Shown piece after piece: positions 53,258 through 64,000 of a DNA stretch of 64,000 nucleotides. Every line of letters begins with the position of its first letter. Within the stretch, counting starts at the first letter, position 1. The DNA comes from Octopus sinensis. Lineage: Eukaryota. Location: assembly GCF_006345805.1 (NCBI RefSeq), contig NC_043012.1, positions 50,592,001 through 50,656,000 of the forward strand. The letters run 5' to 3'. The notes beneath the pieces were generated by a model that saw nothing but the letters and a program-made list of their open reading frames with translations, searched no databases and was not told where the DNA came from. The position numbers and the translations under genes are program-made.

Positions 53258-53993
53258 AATGTTACAATGCGTACATACATAATCATTTAGACATATATTT
53301 ATATATGTATACATATAAATCAGAAAGAGAGTAGCAATTTAAAGAGCTCTATTGAATAATTAATGAGTTCTATGAAAAATATTCTTAATGGTGAAATATT
53401 GAAGATACTGCATTTCACTTATCCCGTTTATCATATTTTAGTGATAAGATAAAAATTATATTAAGTCAACTTGCCTATAAAACTGTGAGGTACTATATTT
53501 TGAAATAGTCATAATTGGAAGTGATTTATGTCAATTGGAATCTGCATAGTTATTCTGAGTTTAATAAAGCACAAAATCAAAGTTATTCACATGTAAGTAA
53601 TCGCCTACATGTAAAAGAACATTATATCTGGAGACTGTTAGGATAGAAAAATATTCATGCTCTACTGTGTAGAAAACTTTGAGATGACTGTAATAATAAA
53701 GTAGAAATACCTTCATATTTTTCTTTCTTTAAATGGGACATACTGAATTTGTTTTGTCACTTTGTTATTTATTATGTGTTGCCTAATCTTTGTGAAGACT
53801 GATATTTCGTGAATGTTGCATGCAGTTAGTCACTGGAACACTATGTTTGAAATGCCAATCATCAAAGAATAAGAACTAAAGCTGTATATATCAACGCTGA
53901 AGTGAAGTAAAATGTGTTCGAACTCTGGCTCCGTAGTCATAAATTTTAGTCGACGAGTGAGACTCACCGTGGGTGTTGATCGAACTTCTAGAC

Positions 53994-54565
53994 CAGCGCT
54001 TCTCCACCATTTTTCTCTAGTAGACTCCCTTCATACTTGTTTCAGACAGAAGAACCCCATAGCCATTTGGCGTTTAAAAAGTCCTATTTGCTTTTGATAA
54101 CTAAGTATTACTAAGAAATATATAAAAATTATTAAACTCTTTTGTGTATCGTACAAGTATAACCAATTTATTTTCTATTTAAGCGCCCTTTTCAAGCCTG
54201 GCCAGGCTCATGGGCCCGGTTTCCCATTTTCTATGGCGTATGGGTTTCCTTCAGCTGGACGGGACGCCAGTCCATCGCAGCGTTACTCAAGAAACAAGAA
54301 GACAGAGAAAGAGAAAGTTGGGGCGAAAGAGTACAACAGGGGTCACCACCACCCCTGCCAGAGCCTCGATGAGCTTTAGGTGTTTTCGCTCAATAAAAAC
54401 ACACAACGCCCGGTCTGGGAATCGAAACCGCGATCCTATGACCGCGAGTCCGCTGCCCTAACCACTGGGCCATTGCGCCTCCACACATAACCAATTTATT
54501 GCACAAACATTTTTAACGATACAGGAACCCCCAAGGGCAATGTGAACCCTTGTTGAGAATCAATG
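53994..54565. mobile_element. hAT (Charlie/MER5-like) MITE hosting a SINE insertion
   Basis: Termini cagcgcttctccac and gttgagaatcaatg. 8-bp flanks ttctagac and ttctagat fit an NTCTAGAN target. Confidence 0.75.
54173..54486 (-). mobile_element. Full-length tRNA-derived SINE family C with 14-bp TSD
   Basis: Head tggaggcgcaatggcccagtggttagggcagcggactcgcggtcataggatcgcggtttcgattccc. TSD ataaccaatttatt at 54159-54172 and 54487-54500. Confidence 0.93.
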
Positions 54566-55774
54566 TTCTAGATAAAGCAACGAAATCGTTCAGGAATTAC
54601 ACTCAACTGTCTTATAGATAGATAACCGGTTGCACAGGTAGAGTTTCAGGTAATAAGCTACGTGCATACAGCTAGGTTAGTTTTGACCAACGGATTGCCC
54701 GTTTAGACCTTACCAAATTCTAAATCTAGCACATCGGTTAAATTATTCTGAACGAATTTTTTCTGGAAATACATCGCACTTATATACGTCTACATATTGA
54801 CATATATATTTTTTAGGTATAAGCTCTAGATTGTTCTCCGCTGTTTGCAAGTAAATTTCGAAATCTCATCGTGCTGTTGAAACAAATTCAATATACAAAT
54901 TCAAAGGAAATATAAGTTGTGAAACCTTATTATTTCTTTAAAAGCATTCTCCACGCATAAAGAACATTTTTTCTAACATATCACATATACTTCGCTGATA
55001 AAACGTATTCTTCTTTATTCATAAAGTACATGCAACTTAAGAATTAACTATTTTATATTTGATACACCCACTATGAATACCAGATGAAAGTTACTTCAAT
55101 AATAAAACTGAAATTATTCTCAATACGCTTGACTATCTTTGAAGATGAGGTACTACGTCAATTATGTAAACTTCACGATCTTTTCAATTTACAGATTCAT
55201 CCAGCTTTATAGTTATTCAGGTAATTAAATAAAAATTCCATTTACAAAATTGTTTCAATCATTAGTTAGCATGTACCGTATCATCTCTATGGTTGACAAT
55301 CATGAAAGTGTCATCATGCCAATAATTAACACACGAGTTTCTTTTTCTTTATTATTTGTGAATTAGATAATTGTTTAACCACTTAACACTATATTTCTTT
55401 TTTTATCAATATCACTGTATACACATAATGACTATCCTGATGTACAAAGAAGTATGCTTCAACACCAGGGACCATATCAAGAATCTTGCAACCCAAATAC
55501 AAAAAGGTAATAGTACAAGTATTGTCAGTTCCTCTGCACTATCATATGCACAAACTGGCCAAGTTCTTGTGTTCAACAGTCGTTCGTATTACCCGAATTT
55601 CACATCAAGTATTGACCATTAATGATCTCTTAATTCTCAAGAGATCATTTTCCTTATGCCGAATTGCAGTGTGTGTGTGTTTGGTGGGGTGTAGATATAG
55701 ATATTACAGCTTTGAGGAAGTGGTAATTTTTCTCCCTAAACAATGTTCATGATATGCTGTTTAATACGCCTCTG

Positions 55775-56214
55775 GGATCTTTTCGGTTTGAACGGCATTT
55801 TTTAACATAATTTCTAGGTAACTAAAAAATTTTAAACTTCGTATACTGGTAGAATGTGTTTATAAAACATCTTTTTCTCTTGGCTTTATTGAGAAAATTC
55901 TATAGTTTTTAAGATATTTCTTCTTTTTTTCTTCAATTTCTGCAATTTCAACCAATCATTGACGTCTATTGAGTTAAAAAGCATTCTGTGCCGTATGAAT
56001 ATGTCCCTCGTTTAAGAAACAGATTGGGTTTATTTACATTTGTGAAGAAACAAAGATACCCTTCCCCCACCCCTAACCCTAACCCTAACTAGCCCTAATT
56101 AACCCTAACCCTAAAAGAGATTGAAATGCAATAGATCGATTCTAGGGTCATAATTATGGGTACAATTTCATATGATACCGCCAGAAAAAACTGCCGTTCA
56201 AACCGAAAAGATCC
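55775..56214. mobile_element. MITE with perfect 23-bp TIRs, 8-bp TSD and internal (CCCTAA)n
   Basis: TIRs ggatcttttcggtttgaacggca and tgccgttcaaaccgaaaagatcc. Flanks cgcctctg and ggcctctg (7/8). ccctaa repeats at 56071-56114. Confidence 0.9.
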
Positions 56215-57581
56215 GGCCTCTGAAAGTAGCGACTGGGATAAACGGTTAACTGGTTTAAATATTTTTCTCTGAATGGAACTCAGTATTCTAGCTTTCGTCT
56301 TCAATATCAGTACCATATTTATGCTTCTCTTTCTCGAATCTAAAAATATAAATTGCAGGGCTGACCTTTGCTGAATTTGAACTCACAACAAGCAGATGCG
56401 CAACTCAGTAGTACATGGTAATTTGTTGGACATTTTGTCATTGTGCTACATTAATGATACTAATAACGTCCGTTTCTCGCTTTCTTTGTGTTTTGCTCTC
56501 ATTAATATATATGGCGTGAATGTGTGTGTATGTGTTCTTCTGTATGTGTTGATTCTTTATTATTCTTCTGTATGTGTACGTACGTGTCAGGATATGTAGT
56601 TACTTTTGTAAACATAAAGAAGATTCAACGTAAAAAAGCACATAAAGACCGTCTATTGAAGAAGTAATTTAGAATTAAATAGATTTAGCATTAAAATTGA
56701 TATTATTATTAATGTATTACTTTAGTGTAATTATGTGTTAGGCTTTTTTTTTCAGGTCATTTGTAAATTAATTCCTTTCACTTGCAAAATATCAATTTTG
56801 TTATCAAAATGATTTCATTAAAATTTCGGTAAAAAGTATTACATTGTTCAAAAATTATCCTATTTAGATGAGATAAACCAATTTATTTTGTCTTGTAGCT
56901 AAAATTTATGTACCATAAAACAAACTTTATGAAGATTAAAAAAAAATATAACTTAAATAGTTTCATATAAATGTATTGTACTAGTAAAGTTATTTTCTAT
57001 TTATTTGACTTTTATGAGAAAGAATGATGATATTACATAATGTAACATTTAACTGATGAATAATTTGTAAATTTTATGGTGAAGTGAATTTTTTTGTATA
57101 TTTAAGTCAAAAGCATGCTTCATTAATTAAACTACTTTTGCATTAAATACCTAAATTTAGCGAACTGACAACAATTTATCATTCAACCGTTATAGCTGGC
57201 AGTCATTAACCTACACCGTTCTCTCCATGTGTGAACAAATATTTAAACGAACATAAAGTATACTTGAGCGGAAGTATCAATTTAATTTTTTAGCAACAAT
57301 ATGGCTGATGGGAAACACCTCAAGGGAGCGTTCTGCATATTAAGTACAAATACAGCAGTGCCTTGCATATGTAAAATTGAATAGAAAACTTTGATTATCA
57401 GGTAATAGGTACAAAAATCTCTTTGTAGGGACACTTAAATTCTAAAAACAAAATGCAAAACGATTTACCTTAAGTAAGAGCTGTCCATCGAATTTTTTAA
57501 ACAACATACAAAATACAATTTTTGGCAGAAAATTGTGAAACCAGCGAATATGTATTCCGATTTTGTTAGACCACAGAAAAC

Positions 57582-57697
57582 AAGCATACTCAAAATAGTA
57601 CGCACATAAGCGCAGGTACGACTAAGATGCGTCTTAGTTTCACTACTAGGCAATTTGGGTCAGTCACCTTTACTGTAGTCCCACGTCGACTTGTGGG
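57582..57697. repeat. Dispersed repeat, inverted copy at 59992-60100
   Basis: Reverse complement cacaagtcgacgtgggactacagtaaaggtgactgacccaaattgcctagta.. matches 59994 onward. Confidence 0.9.
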
Positions 57698-58044
57698 GAG
57701 ATTTGGCTGACAACGGCTATATTTCGGAAAAGATCGTCACCTGTAAATATGTCTACCTAGAGAAATCTGCGGATGGTTTAGCGAATCACTTATGTATATA
57801 GAAATGATAAATATGCCAGCGGCTTAACAATGTATCGCCAAGAAGGAAAACTGTAATTATTATTGAATATCACACACACACACACACACTCATATATATA
57901 TATATATCGGCTTCAATGGCTGAAATGTCACCTGGGCGAAAAGAACTTAATATGACCGCACAATGATTAAAAACTGAACATTTTATGATTATTCTCCGTT
58001 TTCTTGAAACTATAAATTATATGTGTGTGTGTATATATATATAC

Positions 58045-58123
<79 letters not shown>

Positions 58124-58355
58124 TACCTACACACATACATGTACGTATTTTAAAGAAGTCCTTGCGTAAGGCCGGAACAAAACGACAAGATACCATGTAA
58201 ACTACAAAAAGGAAAAGAAAACATATTTAGACATTTCCATATTTCGGGGTGAAGAGAGTCTTTCTTCAGTTCATTTGGTAAAAGCGGTTGTTGAAAAAAG
58301 GTCGTTCCTCAGATGTGTGTGCGTGTCTGTGTATGTGTGAGTTTCTTTGTGTGTT

Positions 58356-58441
<86 letters not shown>

Positions 58442-58613
58442 TATCAACCACACATACAGACATATGAGCAATAACTTTTTTCCGACTACGACTTTTTTCA
58501 AAATGTCCTAAAGACGGGGCCCTTACCCAGAAATATAGAAGTAGGAGGTGAAACTGCAATTTGGTTTTGGTTTCTCGTTCCCTTTTGTAGTTTTAGCGTG
58601 GCGATAACTAATC

Positions 58614-58689
<76 letters not shown>

Positions 58690-58807
58690 GTATATATATA
58701 TATATTATATATTATATATATATATATACATATATATAATATATATATATGTATATATATATATATCCATATATGTATATATATATATTCATGTATATAT
58801 GAATATA

Positions 58808-58852
<45 letters not shown>

Positions 58853-58854
58853 AT

Positions 58855-58948
<94 letters not shown>

Positions 58949-59033
58949 ATATATATACATATATATATACAAATACATAGAACATCGTTATTCTTTGTAA
59001 AAACTGCCTCTGCTGATACTCAGGGATTTAGTA

Positions 59034-59947
59034 ATAACTTCGCCCATAGGAATAAGCCTCTAGTGAGCAGTGCTCATGTTAGCAGCTCCAATTTATTTAA
59101 ACCTGTCAACCTCTCATTTGCTCTGCCACCACAAATCTTTACGCTTCTCTTGGACAGTGAGTGAGGCATTGTCGTCTTACACCCAAAGCACTGCTTCTAT
59201 GGGCGTCGTCCACACCACTTAGCAGGTATTTGCGATAAAGGATCCAACATACTTGTTACGTGGTAGCAGGGTTTGCTAGACATAGCAGCCAAATATTTCT
59301 TTTCCTGGATGTAAGGAGCCGTTTACACGTGATTTCGATGTCACATTTATTAAAAGTATGCGAGATAATATGGAAAAGAAAAAAAACCTTCAGATACTGA
59401 ATTTCCCGGTGATCCAACGGGTCACGGATAGTGATCCGTTTGCATGGGTAAAATTGCAAGCAAGCAAACATGATTACAAATGACTTTTAATGTAATATAT
59501 ATTGCCTTTAGATGTGGTACTCACACAGTGGCATTCCGTAAAAGGGAGAGTAAGTCGCCCTTTCTCTCCGTGCACTGAGTAGCATCTAAGTCTTCCGAGC
59601 CAAGGAAATGGTAAGGACGTCGGCAGCAGGATGTTGGTTTACCAAGAAGACGGAAGATTCATAGAGCATCATTTTTTTGCAACCAAGTGCCAGCTATAAA
59701 GTGAGCTACTAATGTGAGGCAGTTGCAAAGTAGACCACGCTCATTACAATATTGCCCACCACTTGGAACTTGGCGTGGATGCTCAGAGCAGCAGTCTTTT
59801 GAGTGTAAGATGGCAAATGCCTTACTCACCGTCCTATAGAAGCGTAAAGACTTCTGGTGGCAGAGCAAATGAGAGATTGACAAGTTTAAATTGGAGCTGC
59901 TAACAAGAGCACTGCTCATAGGTGGCTCATTCCCATGTGCGAAGTTA
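59034..59947. repeat. Inverted pair of ~190-bp diverged arms (59034-59227 and 59760-59947), possibly LINE 5' region
   Basis: gagcagtgctcatgttagcagctccaattta pairs with taaattggagctgctaacaagagcactgctc, and the similarity extends along both arms. Confidence 0.85.
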
Positions 59948-60104
59948 TATTTATGTATATATATATATATATATATATACACACAAATTTCCTCACAAGT
60001 CGACGTGGGACTACAGTAAAAGTGACTGACCCAAATTGCCTAGTATTGAAGACGCTTCTTAGCCGTACAAGCGCTTGTGCGTACTAGTTTGAGTATGCTT
60101 ATCT

Positions 60105-60420
60105 TCTAGGCGCCACTCCATTGTGCCAAGGACTCCGAATTTGCCGTCAAGATGTAGGACAAAATACTGGGATAGCCTGGGCTTCAGAGGCCCACAGCTC
60201 TTCAATATCCTGCCGAAGAATCTGAGAGACCTGCATGGGGTGGATGCAGATGTCTTTAAAATAAAATTGGATCTCTTCCTGTCAGGTGTCCCAGATGAAC
60301 CAACTTCACGGCAGGAGGTGCAGATGAGGGCAGCTACATCGAACTCTCTCATGCACTAAATGGCAATTGCTAAAAAGCATTCGTGAAGTAAAATCACGTA
60401 GCAACACAAAATGGTGGTGT
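60105..60420 (+). mobile_element. CR1/L2-type LINE 3' end
   Basis: RHSIVPRTPNLPSRCRTKYWDSLGFRGPQLFNILPKNLRDL..FKIKLDLFLSGVPDEP..AATSNSL; homologous to the 1600-1790 and 31660-31888 fragments. Confidence 0.9.
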
Positions 60421-60486
60421 CCCAGCATGGCCACAGCTCGTGAGCTGAAACTAGATAAAACAAAATAAATAAAATAAATATATATG

Positions 60487-60540
<54 letters not shown>

Positions 60541-60634
60541 ATATATATACACACATACGGATGGAGAGACAGAGTGTTATATACACACATACACACAAAA
60601 CACACACACACACACACCACACACACACACATAT

Positions 60635-60665
<31 letters not shown>

Positions 60666-61051
60666 GTATAGAGAGTTTGATATATACACACATAAGGAGA
60701 GATAGAAGAGATAGAGGGTAAGAGTGAGAGATTCAACAATATTCATTCATCAACGTATACTCAAATAAATAGAAACTAAAATGTGTATGCATATCTCTTT
60801 TACTCAGTCTGTGTTTGTATGCGTGTATATTTATCCGTGCATATGCGTGTGTAAGTGTGTGTGTATACATGCGCATAAATGTAAATACATGTATGAGCGC
60901 CTTTCTGTACGTGTGTTTCCCTGAGTGTTGATATATTGACATTCGTTCATTGGGAAACCAATGTAGATTTCAATAAAACACTACTTTAATTCTCTTATGT
61001 GCTATAGATTATTCTTGTATTTCGTGAAGTAATACGCACCTACACAAGCCT

Positions 61052-61084
<33 letters not shown>

Positions 61085-62599
61085 CACATATGCGTTCGTT
61101 TGAATATATGTAAATGTACATATATATACATACACGCACACACTCACTCTCTCCTCCGTCACAATGACACATTTGTGTGTGTGTGTGTACCTGTATATGA
61201 GCATGATATCGTCATTTATAATTCTGTACGATATTCTTGCAACAAAGTATATCCATATATTTCAATTTTTCTTCATTTGCTGTCAGTAAAGTCAACTGTT
61301 GAAGGTTTTAGCAATGAAACTCAAATAAAACATGGAATATAGCCAGTAAACTCTGATTGGATGGCATCCGATGCCTTATTTACAGTTTTCAACTTTTATC
61401 GCATCAATGTGATGGATTTAAAAGATTGATCTGAAGGAAAATTGCCAAATGCTTATTCAAATTAAACTTGGTGTCGATTTGCATGTATACATACGTATTC
61501 AATTCAAAAATCTCCAACTTCAATAGATTTGAATTATTTTCCTCACTCCTATGTATACGCAATAAAATCAAAAACACATTTACTCACACACATATAATTA
61601 TATATACTGAATCACAGACATCAATCACTAGTCTAGTAAAAAGCAATCATTTTGCGACTTTGTGGATTTATATATTTATGGATACCTAACTCAAATATTA
61701 TATGGTTTCTTACACAAATATATTTTCCCTGTCCTCTAAAGTCTTTAATTGAAAATTTCAATGTCAGAATATATTCTGCAAGCTGAAATTTTCTAATATT
61801 CGGGTTGCATTTGTAACATATTGTTTAATTTAGCTCTTCCTAATCTGTGAATGATTTCAAACATAATTCTCGTGATTACAAACTTTGTAAGACAAGCACC
61901 ATGGTCCTTACATATCCACCTTTATAGACGATCTTTCTTGCTTTTAGAGGTTTCGGTTTCATTAGTCGGGGACAGTTTCTAATGCTTAGAATTTACTCTA
62001 ATTCGATAACGTATACACAAATCTACCAGCAGAGAAGGATATGGTTACGTTTGAAGATTTCACTAAGACATATTAATATGAATGATGCTCATTTATATTG
62101 GATTATGACCGAAAAATTATACGAGGACAAGTTGCCGAAATGACATCTCTCCGATGGATTTCTTGAGTAACGTTACTCGATAGAGTGCACAGCATGGTGA
62201 TCAGACATTTTGTCCAGATTGGGTCGCATTGTTTCCCAAAGAGAGGTCACAGATCCTATATTAATGACATATCGCAGTAAAGAATCGCAAGATAGATTCT
62301 GCAGGTCGAGTCAACCGACAGAAGACCTAGCGGTAGATTAACAGACGATTAATTGGTTAATATCCACAATTTCAGTTGATCACGCTTGGGAATCAAGCTG
62401 AATTTTGTACTTCTTTTAGGAAATCCTGTGATGCCTAAGGACTCTTACCCTACATCTCTTTTAGGTATAGTGGGCGAAGAACATGAATATATGATAGTAA
62501 GAGCAAGACTAAATATCACATTATGATGTCTTTGGTAAAGTAATAATACTGATGCAACTTCATAGTTTACATTTTTCTTTGATGTAACTCTCGTAAGCA

Positions 62600-63243
62600 A
62601 CGTTTTTATTAATAATCCTTTCTACTATAGGTATGAGGTCTGAAGATTTGGGGCAGAGGGCTGGTCGATTACATCTACCGCATTGCATGACTGGTACCGT
62701 TTTTCATCGAAACCGAAAGGATGAAAGGCAAAGTCGACCGCAGCTCAGAATTTCAACCGACGTGCTAACGATCCTGCCAGTTCGCTGCCTTACCCTTATC
62801 GTTAATAACCCTTTCTACTATAGGCACGAAGCCTGAAGTTTTGGAGGAGGGGCAAGTCGATTAAATCGACTCCAATATTTCACTGGTACTTAATTTATCG
62901 ACCCTGAAAGGATGAAGGTCAAAGTCGACTTCGGTGGGATTTGAACTTAGAACGTAATGGCAGACGAAATACCTATTTCGTTACTACCCACAAGGGGCTA
63001 AACACAGAGAGGACAAACAAGGACAAACAAACGGATTAAGTCGATTATATCGACGCCAGTGCGTAAGTGGTACTTATTTAATTGACCCCCCGAAAGGATG
63101 AAAGGTAAAGTCGACCTCAGCGGAATTTGAACTCAGAACGTAACGGCAGACGAAATACCTAATTCTTTACCACCCACAAGGGGCTAAACGCAGAAAAGAC
63201 AAACAAGGACATACAAACGGATAAAGCCGATTATATCGACCCG
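62600..63243 (-). mobile_element. Cluster of four head-to-tail SINE family A segments
   Basis: Repeated ttatcgacc..gaaaggatgaaagg.aaagtcgac..ggaatttgaact.agaacg units. The last two share cccacaaggggctaaac..acaaacaaggaca..aaacgga. Confidence 0.88.
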
Positions 63244-63527
63244 GACAGTGATATTTGGAGATATGAGGTTCTAGAGAAGACCCGTCCATGTAATTGAGTG
63301 CAAGAAGAGTTGTGTTCACTCACTCTACCCTAAGAAATCGAACTACAACCCATCTTCTAACTGCGTATATTTCATGATTGTTTTCTAATCCCCTTTCTTG
63401 CCCTCACTGCCCTACTCATTATATTGCTATTTTTCTAACCAGGTTCTACATCCTATTTTTTCCTACCCAGGTTCCACGCTCATACTCTTTTTACTTGTGA
63501 GTATGACCTAGCACTACACAGTTCTTC

Positions 63528-63528
63528 T

Positions 63529-63581
<53 letters not shown>
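63528..63581. repeat. (CT)n microsatellite
   Basis: Direct reading. Confidence 0.97.
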
Positions 63582-63585
<4 letters not shown>

Positions 63586-64000
63586 CTTTTACTGTTTCCT
63601 ACACTCTCTCTATTTTCCTTTGGTCTTTCTCTCTCCCTCCTTCTCTTGTTTTTCGTCTGACTAGGTAACCAAGTATCTCCTTTACATCAGCACACTAAAC
63701 CACGCGCCTTAACACTTCAAATATGTATATATTGAGAAAATATAGTTCGAGATTTATGCTACTGTAATGGTAATAGGTTTGAGAAAAAGGAAACATATTT
63801 CTGGCATAAAATACACTCATAAAGGGTTTAGAGAAATATATTGACCGGAGTATTCCTTGTACTACTGGCGGTTATTTTGCAGGTCACTTTTGTCAATCGC
63901 TAATATACGGTATCGTAAACAAAAGAACATTGTTTGTCATACGGTGTTGAGGTACAATCAAGAACTCGCACACACACAGTTCTATGTATTTATTAATATA

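Noticed and set aside
56071-56114. (CCCTAA)n as a chromosome end
   Set aside because: Short, degenerate and internal to a TIR-bounded MITE.
61950-62145. Open frame beginning GFGFISR (RNP1/cold-shock-like)
   Set aside because: The rest of the frame does not continue an RRM or CSD pattern.

Overview
Eukaryotic, very AT-rich, microsatellite-dense DNA with no confidently supported host protein-coding gene. The SINE families and repeat style suggest a cephalopod (Octopus-like) intron or intergenic region (inference). Most track ORFs are translations of (TA)n/(CA)n/(TCTA)n/trinucleotide repeats. Recognisable content: three or four families of tRNA-derived SINEs, CR1/L2-type LINE 3' fragments, decayed mariner, Tc1 and hAT transposases, two rearranged Penelope-like GIY-YIG remnants, a Helentron/DINE-like element, MITEs with TSDs, several fold-back palindromes and a 100-N gap. 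The main observation is a ~1.85 kb array of 3.9 near-identical ~475-bp units (10945-12794). Each unit carries a type I hammerhead ribozyme fold on the minus strand, with an intact CUGAUGA/GAAA core in copies 2-4. This is a candidate non-LTR retrozyme or ribozyme satellite that could yield ~475-nt self-cleaved (circular) RNAs. The window also holds several decayed Penelope-type minimal hammerhead motifs, one at the tail of a tRNA-headed element arranged as an ~870-bp palindrome. All alignments and folds were done by eye.
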